From contig JAYWIR010000007.1 of NCBI GenBank assembly GCA_036172245.1, positions 1,488,001 to 1,552,000 on the forward strand: a stretch of DNA of 64,000 nucleotides, given 5' to 3'. Both the position numbers and the translations under genes were made by a program. The stretch comes from Raillietiella orientalis (taxonomy: Eukaryota). This document shows, piece by piece, positions 27,120 through 39,089 of the stretch. Each line of letters starts with the position of its first letter. Positions within the stretch are counted from its first letter, which is position 1. Under the pieces are notes generated by a model. It was not told the origin of the DNA. It ran no database searches and saw only the letters and a program-made list of their open reading frames with translations.

Positions 27120-27770
27120 CGTTGCCGCGGTCTCCGCACGTGGCACCGAAGGCCGTGGGTTCGAACCCCCAGATGGAGGATCGACGACCGAGAATGAGGG
27201 ATGTGTCGTGGGTTATCCTGCGAGATGACGCTGGAGGGTCCGCTCGGGTGCGGCACTGGGAAGGAAGCCGGAAACTCCCAGATGCCCCCGTCAACAAGCC
27301 GGCATCCTTCCAGGAATCAAAGAGCCTGTTCTCTTCGGGGTTTCCCTACGGTTGTGGGAATAGAGCCGTCCCCTTCCTAGCGAAGGGACCTTCATCGAGT
27401 ACTATGCAGCCGGTGGAACTGATGATGCCTCTCAGAGTATCAAGAAGCACGCTGACCACTTCAGGGAAAATTGGGAAGCGTCCCTTCAGGGTTCTCTTCA
27501 AAAGAGGAAACACGGAGCGGATCGCTTCCTGGCGATCCCTCCGGAGAAGAAATGATCAGTGTCCCCCTTCGGGAGGTCCCTTTAGAGAGGATACGGAAGA
27601 GGCTCCTTCGGGATTCCTTTCGGAGACATCCGGGGCTAGGGTTCTCTTCGTTTCCCTTCTCAAGAGTAAGAGGAAGGGACTCATTCCTCCGGAGCCTTTC
27701 TTGGATTCTTAGGGTGGTTCCCTTCTGGGACACCCCTATCATGAGAAATGCGGAGGTGTCCGCACACAAG
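27120..27770 (+). mobile_element. tRNA-headed structured leader, copy D, joined directly to LINE RT sequence
   Basis: GGGTTCGAAC at 27157-27166, GGGTGCGGCACTGG at 27246, TTCG hairpin array and closing stem; RT-like sequence follows on the same strand. Confidence 0.8.
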
Positions 27771-29678
27771 GAAGGGACTGCGGATCCATCGCAGGGCACA
27801 TCGAGCTCCTTGCTCTTCAGCACCTACTTTCAGTTGGTGCTGAGGGCATACGGGAAGACTCGGCCTCGCCTGCTGCGCGCATGCGGACGACCTTGTGCTA
27901 CTGCTCCTCATGTCCACCCCGGCGTCGGCGCTCGAAAATTTTCTTCGAGCTGTTAAGCTGCAGGACAGGATGGAGGTGAACAGGGCGAAATCGTCCGTGG
28001 TAGCAGTCGGTTCGGCGTGGGCAGAACAGCTGGACTGGATACGCTTGGGAATCTCCACGGGTGGGTACTTTAAGTACCTCGGTGTACCGTTGGGGGGCTA
28101 TTCGTCGGTGGAGGCGTGGTCCAGATGGCTCCAGAAGGCAGAGATGGCGATAGACCCGTTCCAGTATGGCAAGTTTCTCTTGCCGGAACGGAACGTAGTG
28201 TGGAACACGTTGGTGGCCCCCCCTCTTCTGCCCCCTGCTTTTTGTTTGCCTCCCACCGAGCAGCACTAGAAGGCGGACGAAGGACCTCATGAGAATCTCC
28301 TTGTGGGGTACAGGGAGACCCCGAGTCCACCTGAAAGACTTGTGCCCTCCGCGCCGCAAGGGAGACCCCGGCTTTCTGACGCCTCAGTGTCTGGAGCAGC
28401 AGCTCCAGCGGAGGACGATTGCCCTAGTGGCGAAGTTTTGTAGCACAAACTGGTGCGAGCATGCACGATACCTGGTCAAGCGAGCCATCAGGTACGCGGG
28501 ACTGTCTTCGTTCCTGGCACGGCGACGCAGACACAACGTGTCCAGATGCGGACTGGAGCTCCTGCGTGTGGCCAAGCTGATCAGAACCAACAACTGGATC
28601 TTCTGCTGGCCCGCGAACGGTGGTGCCTGGCTGCAGGAAAGCATTAGCTCGTGGGCCAACAACGAAGCGAACCCGGAGATGCCGCAGCGACTGCTGCACT
28701 CCTTCTACAACAACCGCTCTCTGCTGGACATCATCGTGCAGCTCACCACGTGTGCGTGGGCACAAAGAACCTCCCTAACTGCTGCACCGCCCTTCCTCAG
28801 GGAGCACCTGGGCAGTAATCAGCCAGCCAAATGGGAGATCCGATGCGAGATCGGAGGAAGAGAGAAGGAATTAGGTGGTTGGACCACGGACCAGCTCACG
28901 GACGCTGCGACCCCAAGTGGCTCACCGAATGGACTATTGCGCTGGGATGAGCTGCTGGGGATCCCACAGGAAGACCGAGGTCTTCAACGACCGGGCCCTC
29001 CCCTTGAAGTGGTAGGAGTCGGTACTTCTGCTGTTGCACTGAGACCACCCGTGCACCGCCCGCCGGTCTCACTAGATCCGGGGAGCTGTGCTCCCCAACT
29101 GTTGCAGATGCAGGGAACGGGAATCCCTCTCGCACCTGCTCGTAGACTGTGTTGCTCTCCGACCCCTGTGGTTGCGTTACACAAAGACGCTTGGAGCACC
29201 GACGGACAAGCCCAGGACCGTGATGAAGCGCTTCTTCGTGCGCGGCGCCCTTTCTCCTGCCGCGTCCCCAGAAGCTCTTTGCTGCTGCGAGATCGTATGT
29301 GTCGGTCTGGAGCTAGCGAAAGGAGGATGGCGCGATAGGGACGCCGTTTGCTTCTCCCTGAGCTTCATGAGGACGGTAGCTAGATGTCCCTACCTGGGGC
29401 ATACTCGGATGGAACTTTCTGGCATCCCGAAAAGGATGCAGAGGACGCCCTCCAGCATCCGGTGATCCCTTCCCTAACCCTTCCACTTTTTCGTATATAT
29501 ATATATATATATTTTTCTTTTTGTTTGTCACCTCCCCCTCCGTTGCCGAGGCGAACCTCGCCGGCCCACGTGCCGGTCACTCGGCAAGTTCCAAATTTTG
29601 GAACGTTGTAGGGCCGATGACCCTACACATGTATGTGTATTTTTTATAATAAATGTTCCGGCTTGACTAGGTGATAAA
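27770..29678 (+). mobile_element. L1/Tx1-like LINE ORF2 3' half (RT C-terminal motifs, zf-RVT) and 3' UTR, frameshifted
   Basis: QGTSSSLLF (QGxxLSPLLF-like), a frameshifted (Y)ADD near 27878-27891, EVNRAKS, FKYLGVPL, LWG...PRRKGDPG, CCRCRERESLSHLLVDC, stop TGA at 29463-29465. Confidence 0.9.
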
Positions 29679-29679
29679 C

Positions 29680-30525
29680 CCAGCAGATCGACCCACCAAA
29701 GGAGTCCTTTCGCCCGGGAACGAGGAGTGGCGTCGTCCTCCAACTAGCTCGTCCTGCAGCCTTCGAAGAGTCTCTCCTACCATCTTGTAGGACAACCCGT
29801 CGTCTGGCTGCTGTGGTCATTTGCCCTGAGAGCAGGCAGTGCTGAGTCAAGCGGTGCGACCGCTATACAGGACCACTGCGTCCAGTCCTGCTGGAGATCT
29901 CCCGGCAGCAGATTGCGTTGGAGATTCCGGAGCAGACGCAGTTCCTCCGGGCGCACATTCAGAGTGGCAACTTGGGACGCCAGAGCCTCCTGCCGCTAGG
30001 CGTTCTAGTTTATGGGGAGGCAAACGATCCACGGGTGAGCTACCGGTAGTGAGGACAGATGCTCAAGGGATAGACAAATCTGATCGTCCTGCGCAGGTTG
30101 CGCGGCAGCAGCGAAAGAAGTCCTGAGCTTCCTGCGCATCGCCGGAGGATGTGGAGTGCCGGATCACCCCAGTGGCAACTCCACAATTTGGCACAAAGGG
30201 TCAAAGGTCGAAACTGCTCCTGCAGTCCTATCTTGCGGATGGTCGGGATGCCCAAGCCAGCATCCTGGCGCGGCACCACCAAGTCGGATCCGGGATACGC
30301 CTAGCAGCGAGCAGGGATCCCTTCCTGTTGCCCCCCTCCGGAAAAAACACCGCACCTGCTTCTTCCGTTGTCCTCGATTTTTCTTTTTGTTTATCCCCTT
30401 CGCGGACCTCGCCGGCCTGCGAACCGGCCGTCTGGCAAGTTTTACATATCTTGGGCGTGGCCGGACGGAGGGGTTCCTCACGACCTGTATAACAGATGCC
30501 CCGGTTCAAATCCAGGTGAAAAACA
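29680..30525 (+). mobile_element. Retroelement 3' fragment with a different coding end but the same 3' UTR motifs
   Basis: GCGGACCTCGCCGGCCTGCGAACCGGC at about 30402 and terminal hairpin near 30497-30520. The coding part is homologous to 36140-36500 (-). Confidence 0.6.
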
Positions 30526-30892
30526 AGATGCTCAAGAGATATCGACTCTCGAGGGTAATTTGAAGATGGCTGGACCGCAATGCTTGTCATCACAAGATGG
30601 AAGGCTCCAGCAGAAGAAACCGTAAACGAGAGGGCGTTTGTTTTCTGCGGCGCATGCGCGTAGGCCAGCGTTTCCCAAACTTTTCCTGCGACGGGGACAC
30701 TTCACCACAAATCCCTGAAGTTCTAACGGAGTGCATTGGTTGTTTTACAGGGCGGATAGATATCGATAGCCAAATGGAATTAAGCAAGTAAAATATAAGA
30801 GTTGAGAAAACGTTCACTCTCAAATTTTCAATTACACGTAAAACAAAACGCGTGGAAATAGTAAAAAAAAAAAGAAGAAAGAAAAAAAAAGC

Positions 30893-31740
30893 TTAATGGT
30901 ATTTAGAATATGTCAATTTTCTATACTTTTCCACGGATCGCTTGCTGACCTTCCGCGGGACGTTGGTGCCCCGCGGAACGCAATCCGGGAAGCGCTGGCG
31001 TAGGCGACGATCGCAGATGCGGACACACTCTGCTTGGGGGCACGCAAGGTGACTACGAACGTGCACAAAATCACACGTCTGTACTGTGCACGCATGCGAC
31101 TGTGCCAAATGCAGATGGTGAATTTTTCGGAATCTTCCTCTTCTTTTTCCTCTCCTGGGAGGGAACGTGCCACTCTCCAAACCCGTCGGATGCTGCAGTT
31201 GTCGCCGTCGTCGACGTTGGGAAACGCGCAGGCTTTGTGTGGGAGGCACGCAGAGGTATGCAAATCGGCGCGCGGTGTTTCCGACGAATCGGGAAAAGCA
31301 CGAATTTTCGAAATGCGCCGTGGAATTTGCAGCCACAAGTCCGGAGGCTCGGGCACGGTGGATCGAGAAAACAAGAATCCATCTGGAGGGGGAGGGCGGA
31401 GGGGGGGAACAAGAAGGTTTGACCGAATCGTAAAGCCGGAGGAATGTCCATAAAGCAGGGATGCGGACGAAGAGGATTGCAAACTCCGATTTGCTGGAGC
31501 GACGAAAGAGTTTGGCGCGCGCATACCGAAACAACATGGAAGGAGCGTCTTCTTGGACCGGAAAGGGAAAGTTCTCCTCGGCAGTCGATGGTGCTCTGGA
31601 CCGCTGAGCTGGCGCTTGCTGACAGCTCACTGCGAACGAAATCGGCACAGGCAGATCGCAGGTCGCCTGCACGCATTGAACTGAGATCATCAGTTATTTT
31701 TGCGGGGTGCTGAGAACGCCTCCTCTTACCTGGGACATTT
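30893..31740 (-). CDS. Possible host gene or pseudogene fragment inside the element cluster
   Basis: Three overlapping minus ORFs (265, 203 and 201 aa), a CAG|GTAAG donor near 31728 and poly(A/T) flanks. No homology recognised. Confidence 0.25.
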
Positions 31741-33269
31741 TTTTTTTTACGCAGGAAGATGCTTCATGCTCTGCGTTTCTGAATGAATGAACAGATGAAT
31801 GGAATTTGTTGTTCTCCGTCGACACGTCGGAGAAGTCTTCAAGCCACTTGAAGACTTCAGTTAATGACGTTTTCCGACGTCATTAACTGTAGGCCCCCAA
31901 AAAAATGTAAACGCGGACACGTGCCAACTCGAACATTTCTCTCTTTCTTTTTCCTTCTTTTTTGTGGGGTTTTTTTTTTCAATGCAGATGCAAATGAATT
32001 CTCCATCGTTACTTTTCTTTCTTTCTTTTTCTCGCTTTCAATTTTTGTGCGATTGTCCATTTCGAGAAGACTCGAGTAAATCCAAACAAAGACGCGGATA
32101 AAAACGTTCCTTTCAGGTTGTTTTTTGCGGCATCCAACTGTGGTGTTTTGGTGACGCAGCGATCGTGCCGAAGTGTACATTCGCCCGCCTTCCCAAAGAA
32201 TGGCTTTCGAGTTTCCAAAGAGCGGTAGCGCTCTTTCAGGGGCAGCTGATTTCGTTTACGGCGAGCCCCTGAAACTGTGGTTCCACGAGGGGGGGGGGAG
32301 CCAACGGGTGCCTCTCTCGGTGGACAGTATGGGGCGATTTATTGCGGCGCCGCCTCCATCCGATCTATTCGCACCCTCAGGAATTATCGGTAAGCACGGA
32401 AAAACAAACAGACAAACAAAAATCGAAATCTAAAGTTATTCGTGAGGAGTGTTTGGTAGAGACACTTCCGCCGGAATGAGGTGCAGGTAGCAATGCAATA
32501 ACCATGGACAACCCAGCAGGATCGAGGAATCCGGAGTTGCCACCCGGTCACGCCGGGGACTTTATTAACCCCGGAAGGGTAACGTGACGATTTGGTGCAT
32601 AAAGGGTTACGCGGTCTCGTGGAGCACACCGATGGAGATTGTAAAAATTTTCATAAAAACGAATCATTTTGTTAATGAATTGCGATTCCGTTTGCAAATT
32701 TACTCCGCAAGCAATTTGCACGGCACGCATGACTTTTTTTTTTTTTTTTGCAAGAGGCACACTTCGTCCCCTTCCTTTCCGGTCGGAGGAACGTGGAGGC
32801 TCCTTTCGCGGCGCTGATGGGCGGTCACGGGTTCTCGTGGAGCGCCCCGGGACCTCGGATCTTCCTGATTTCGTGCAGACGAAGTCGAATTTCGCGAAGA
32901 ACGAGGCGAACCGCTTGCATTGCGACCGGCGCTCCGCGTGGGGCGCCCCGCGGGCCGGCAGACCTGCCCTCTGCTTCCGTGTTCCCGTCACCTGGATCCC
33001 GGTCAGATGGAAACTCTTCCCGGGAAGAGCTTCTCCTCTTTCGCAGCCTCCTTCCTTCCCGTCCGTCCCGTGGGAAAATTTCATCAGCAGCGTCCCGTGG
33101 GATTTCGTTGCGAGGTGACGCGGTGGTGTCGCGTGCGACACCGCCGGGCGCGGATCGAAACAAACCCGACCGACCCTGCAGGCGCGCGGGGGGCTTGGCC
33201 GGGAAGTGACCACGGGGCGGGGAGCCCGCACTCCGTTCTGTCGCTTTCCTGTATGCCGCATACGATGCT

Positions 33270-34400
33270 ACGTCACCCTTCTATTGCTAAAATAGACAAG
33301 AAACCCGCAATTTTGAGATAGAACACGCGTGGTCATACCACGCTTAAAAGGGCAATGGAGCTGCCGGGTTGCTGCTCCGCAGACCGGTGAGGTTCGCCTC
33401 GTGGGCAGAAGGAAGAAGAAAATTAAAACAAAAAAAACTTGATGGAACAAATGCAAAAAAAAAAAAAAAACATGGAGGGCCGGAGAGGGATCAATGTCCG
33501 CTAGACAAATGAAACCCTTCTGCATCCTTTTCAACCGGAAAGGTCCCAGGTGGGGCCATCTTGGCTGCCATCCACAGAAAGCGAGCTGGACGGAGTCCCG
33601 CTCATTCGTTCCTCCTTCAGCGTCTCTCTAGGCCCGCCACGATCCCGCGGACGCAGCAAGGGGCTGCTGGTGTTGCGACTGGCGGCAGGGGATCCCGCGT
33701 GAAGAGGAGTTTTACGATGCCCCTAAGGCTGCCAACCGGGATCCTCAGTGTCGTTCCGGAAGGTTCCCACAGAGGCAGGAGGGCAACGCAGTCCACGGAC
33801 CTGCGACAGTCCGGGATCGCGCTCCCTCCTGTCCAGTGATGTCGGCGGGAGCTGCAAGGGAAGACCCCAGTCCAACAGCAGAAGTGCCGATTCCAGGGGG
33901 AGGATGCTGCTGTTCATGAACTCTGGTCTTCACTAGGAATAGCCAACGGCTCGCCCCAGCGCACAAGTCCGCGTGGACGGAATGATGCTCCCGACCGTAG
34001 GCTCATCGCTCCCGGGAGGGTCCGCTGGATGATGGGTCGCGTCTTGGCCTCGTCCGGAACCTTCAAGGTCCGGGAGGATGTACTCCCATGCTCCACGGGC
34101 ACACAAGCAGGTGGCCACCGAGTCTCCGGAGAGGGGAAGGAACTCTTGTGGGGCTTTCGCCCGTCTTCGTCCTCATAGCCGATACGAGCCACGGACGGAT
34201 GTGGACGGGTTGTGCATCCCGAGGGGGCTGTGGCCGGCTCAGAGAGGACAGAAACCCCGCGCATAGCTGGAGGGCAAAAGCCGGCTCGATCCACATCTTC
34301 CGTACGAGCGGGGGCCGCGAAAGCGAGGATCTTGCGATCCTTTTGACTGCGCCCGCAGAGCACGAATTTCGAGCAAGAGGTGCCGGGGGAGGTTGTCACG
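33270..34400 (-). mobile_element. LINE relic (RT core remnant, zf-RVT, 3' UTR)
   Basis: GSSRLLPSSY...GYEDE parallels the RT motifs at 27800-27890; SPDCRRSVDC (deleted zinc finger); RLKRMQK C-terminus; 3' UTR motif at 33400-33360. Confidence 0.7.
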
Positions 34401-35162
34401 GAGACAGCAGCTGGCTTGCGGCGGCCGGAAATTCGTGACGACGTCGCTTTTTGGTCCTTAGAGGACTCTTCCCGCCACCGCGAAGCGAAATCCTCCAGGA
34501 GTTGAATTGTTTACCCGCCGACGGGGAACGCGAGATGGGTTTAGACCGTCGCGAGACGGGTTCGCTCCACCCCACCCCCCGGGTGAACGGTATCTCTGCC
34601 ATAAAAACGTCCCGCTGCTCCGTGCGAGAGGAACTTCAGGTTCGGGCATTTGGCACGCGTTTTTCTTGGTCGAGCGGCCGGTGAGACGAAGCCGCTATCC
34701 GCCTGAACGTCTCCAAGGCAGAATCTGTCCCAGTCGAGAACGACCTGGTTCTCCGTCGCGCCTCCGGCGCCAGACGGACAGCTCAAGCGTTACGGGATGC
34801 TCCTTCTGTTCTCCGGGGATGGGTCCCGCTGCCGCCGCCAAGCCGCCGGCAAGCGAAAACCTGGCGCTCATTCGGTCAGCCACGCGGAGCGACTCAGCCG
34901 GCGGACGTGCACGCGTGTTTTCGCCATCCGGATCGTGTCCAGCATCCCAATAAAGAGAAACAAAAAGGCGAAGAGAGCGTCGAAGGCAGAAGCAAACGAA
35001 CAAGACTTCTTTTCAAGAAGATGAGGAAGAAGAAAAAACATCCAGAAGGCTTCATGGGGAACCTCAGAAAATGTCCTGCACGGGCGGGTCGAAGCACCCA
35101 TCTCTGAGGGTCGCTTGCTGCTGCCTCTGCGCAAGCCGTCACCTGGATTCCCCCTACTTCGG

Positions 35163-36073
35163 CAAAGAACCTCCCTAACCGCCCTTCCTCAGGGAGCACT
35201 TGGGCAGTAATCAGCCAGCCAAATGGGAGATCCGATGCGAGATCGGAGGAAGAGAGAAAGAATTAGGTGGTTGGACCACGGACCAGCTCACGGACACTGC
35301 GACCCCAAGTGGCTCACCGAATGGACTATTGCGCTGGGATGAGCTGCTGGGGATCCCACAGGGAGACCGAGGTCTTCAACGACCGGGCCCTCCCCTTGAA
35401 GTGGTAGGAGTCGGTACTTCTGCTGTTGCACTGAGACCACCCGTGCACCGCCCGCCGGTCTCACTAGATCCGGGGAGCTGTGCTCCCCAACTGTTGCAGA
35501 TGCAGGGAACGGGAATCCCTCTCGCACCTGCTCGTAGACTGTGTTGCTCTCCGACCCCTGTGGTTGCGTTACACAAAGACGCTTGGAGCACCGACGGACA
35601 AGCCCAGGACCGTGATGAAGCGCTTCTTCGTGCGCGGCGCCCTTTCTCCTGCCGCGTCCCCAGAAGCTCTTTGCTGCTGCGAGATCGTATGTGTCGGTCT
35701 GGAGCTACGCGAAAGGAGGATGGCGCGATAGGGACGCCGTTTGCTTCTCCCTGAGCTTCATGAGGACGGTAGCTAGATGTCCCTACCTGGGGCATACTCG
35801 GATGGAACTTTCTGGCATCCCGAAAAGGATGCAGAGGACGCCCTCCAGCATCCGGTGATCCCTTCCCTAACCCTTCCACTTTTTCGTATATATATATATA
35901 TATATTTTTCTTTTTGTTTGTCACCTCCCCCTCCGTTGCCGAGGCGAACCTCGCCGGCCCACGTGCCGGTCACTCGGCAAATTCCAAACATTTTGGAACA
36001 TTGTAGGGCCGATGACCCTACACATGTATGTTTATTTTTTATAATAAACGTCCCGGTGCAACCGGATGATAAA
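35163..36073 (+). mobile_element. 5'-truncated LINE insertion with 12-bp target-site duplication; near-identical to 28764-29678
   Basis: CCCCTACTTCGG at 35151-35162 and 36074-36085; same zf-RVT region and (TA)9 tract as the 29-kb copy. Confidence 0.95.
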
Positions 36074-36089
36074 CCCCTACTTCGGTATG

Positions 36090-36520
36090 CACCTTCGTGG
36101 CCCCTCTCCTCCTCTCCCTCCCGTTTTTGTTTGCCCGTTCTCCTACGGAGCGAAGCTGCGGGCTGAACATCTACTGAGGAGCTCTCTTTGGTGATCTGCG
36201 AGGTCCAGGATCCGCTTCAAGAAATTGGCGGCTCTGCATCGGTATACCGGCTCAGGTGTCCTGTAGCTGGAACGAATCGGGCCGCAAGTGCAGTTCCGAA
36301 TGCTGGAACTCTGCGCCAAGCTGTAGACTTCGCCGTAGTGTGCGCCTGCACGCGTCATCCTGCGTAAGTGCGCCGGCAGAGAAGGACTGTTCTCGCTGCT
36401 GTCAGGCAACCTTTGAAGGATGCGGGGATTCCGCTTCCCCCTGAGACAACTCGCCTTCCTAGTGGAACCCCACCGGTGAATCTCCTGCCGCCCGACGAAC
36501 TTCAATGCTTGGCGGCAGGA
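36090..36520 (-). mobile_element. Second copy of the alternative coding-end family
   Basis: SPSLPAHLRRMTRAG...LAQSSSIRNCTCGPI matches SPELPAHRRRMWSAG...LAQRVKGRNCSCSPI at 30098-30304. Confidence 0.55.
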
Positions 36521-36559
36521 GGCCGTTGAATCCTGCGCTGCATTCCATGGAATGAGCCC

Positions 36560-37660
36560 TCAAGATCTTTGCCCCTGAGACATCTGTCTTCACGACCTCT
36601 GGAAGTGGTGATGCAGGTCGTGGTGAAGTGGTCGACCCTGCCCGCCACATCCCTCGCCGCAACGCTGTCTGCCCTCAGGGCAAGCAGCACGACAGTAGCC
36701 CACCGTCGAGGTGGCAGTTGTCCTGCACCATCGCGGGAAGAAACAAAGCTCCTTGGAGACTGGAAGACGCGCGAGCTGGAGGATGTTGCCACTCTGTGTG
36801 TGCTTTTGCGAAGGGACTCGTTCGGTGGAACGAACTTCCGAGTGTTGCCCCGCAGAACTTTGGTCCCTCCCCATTGTTTGGACACTTCGGTATTCCCTCT
36901 CTCCTGGAAACAGGCCGTGCTTCTCCTCCTCCACTGGAGAGTCCAGCGCAACAAGCGGCGGCACCGCGTGTCTGCAGTGGCGGCCCCTCCCAGACTGTTC
37001 CAGGTGCGGGCCGGTGCGGAGTCGATCCCGCCGCACGTGCTTTTGGACTGCGGCGCCCTCCAAGAACTGTGGCGGAGGCTGGTTTCAGCACTCCTGTCCG
37101 AGATGCGCCGCGACGGTTCTTCGCGCTGGAAGGACTCTCGGTCGGGCTGATGGCCACCATCGGTTGCATCTGTGCCATCGTCACGGCCAGCAATGTGCTC
37201 GAGACGGAGAGAGGTCACCGGGCTGGTAGTCGCCTACATCAGGACGGCTGCAAGATGGCCTCGCCAGGAAGAAGAAGTGAAGGAGGAGATCGCCGGCATC
37301 CAGCGCCGGCTGGTGGGCAGCTAGGGAACGGCGGACACGGGTGACCCTTGTCCCTTGCCTCCCTTTATTTTTTTCTCATTCCTCATCCCCATTCGCTCCG
37401 TAACTTCCCCGGTGCTTTTTCCTGTTTTGATCCCGGTGCACGCGGAGCGAGCTCAAAGATCCTGCGTCATCCCACTGGACCTGCTTCATTTTGTTGTTGT
37501 TGTTCCCTTATCTCTCTCCCGTTCCGGACTTTTCGTTATCCCGGCATGCGTGTCGGTGGACCCTCTCCTTGAACTTATTTTGTCTCCGATTGGGAACCAG
37601 CGTGTTCCCAACTGGTTTATTTCTTATTAGATAAATGCCCCGGCGTGACCAGGCGAAGAA
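36560..37660 (+). mobile_element. LINE relic of a diverged subfamily (zf-RVT, pseudoknot-type tail)
   Basis: WKQAVLLLLHW...AESIPPHVLLDCGALQELW and EEIAGIQRRL; tail ends in ATAAATGCCCCGGCGTGACCAGGCG. Confidence 0.8.
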
Positions 37661-39089
37661 CTTCGTCATGCGGCCCGAGCCCTTCCCATGCAATTCGTGG
37701 TTCCTGCCTCGGGAAGACTGCGGTCAGGATCGACCTGCCTTCAGCTCCTTCCAGGCCTAGCTGGAGCTGCTCTGCAGACGGGTCTGTCCGTCGTCCCCAC
37801 CGGGGTGCGGGGAACGCCAGCTCCCTGGCAGGGGGTGACGAACAGACCCGCCACTGCACCAGGAGCCGCTGCGCGTGACGTATCTTCATGGCTCAGCACC
37901 ACGAAGGCGCTTCCATCCTGCTGCCGGATTCTTCAAGTAAAGGCGCTCGTTTGCAGCGCGTGGACGCTGCCCCGGCCCCTACTTCCTTCCCGGTCCGCGG
38001 CCGTGCCGCCGTGCGTGGTGGTCCTTCGGTCCGCGGGTCGCTTCCACCTCTGCGTGGCAACCTCCCTTCGCGCGCCGTTTCCTCCTCGCTGATTCCTCGG
38101 AGGGAGTCGAAGGCGTCCTCCTCGAAGGCACGGCCAAGTGCTCGCCGCCACCGGGAGGCGGCGTGATGCTGTCTGGAGGACGGGCGGAGTTTGGAGAGTC
38201 TCAGCACGGAAGCCTCCGCGCTGCGAGTTTCCCTCCCTCCAGCGGTCCGGTCCGGAACAGGCAGCTACGCGACCCTCAGGCGGGCCGCGGGAGGAAGGGG
38301 GGAGGAGGAACAGGCGGCAGTGGCGCTCGTCTCGGCAGTCTGACGAACAATTCCTCGCGCACGCGCGCGCGCGCGGGGGGGGGGGCGCGTCGCAGCGGTT
38401 CGGGCGGCGTGTCGGTAGCTGCGAGGCGCGCCGTTGCGGTCGCGCAGTGCCGTTCCGTGAAGGCAAGCGGCGTCGATTTGTTTCGCAGAGGTCGCTTGCG
38501 TTGACGAAGGAAGGTCATGAAAAGTGTTGCTTTGCGGTGGTGCGCCCCTCGCCATCTGTAAGACAAAGTCACGAAGCGTTTCGGTTTTCACCGCGATGCA
38601 AATGAGCGTCGCTGCCGGAGGTGTTCGTCAGCATCGATGCGGTCGGAGCCACCCTGCGAAGAGGGGGATCGAAGCGCACCCTCACCTGCGAGTCACGTAA
38701 AGGAGGATTCGGTGTACAGATATGGGGTGTGGTGATGTGCCCAGAAGGCACAGCTGAAAGAAAAGAAAAAAACGTGTTTCACGAGCATCGTCCGAATCGG
38801 TGGAACCGGAGCGTGGCGGGCGGTCGAACGATGTCCGAAGTGCGCTGCGTGTCGTCACGAAAGGCGGCGGCACTCTTTTGGGAATTCGTGCGAGTCGCTG
38901 GCCTCTTGAGTGTCCCGAGGCAGGGCAGATGAGCACCTCGCCTGGGAACCGCGGTAGAAATGGCGGGATCTCCATGGGTAGCGGAAGCACGGAAACGGCT
39001 TTTTTTTTTTTTGTTGTTCGTAACCTGTCCCACCCTGAGTGCGAGAGTCATGTCAACCGCCGTAGAGGACTGCGGGTTGTTCGCTAGAG

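Noticed and set aside
29551..29577. HDV-like ribozyme in the LINE 3' UTR (ACC-TCGCC-GGY)
   Set aside because: The loop is shorter than L3, and I could not place P1, P2, P4 or the catalytic C.
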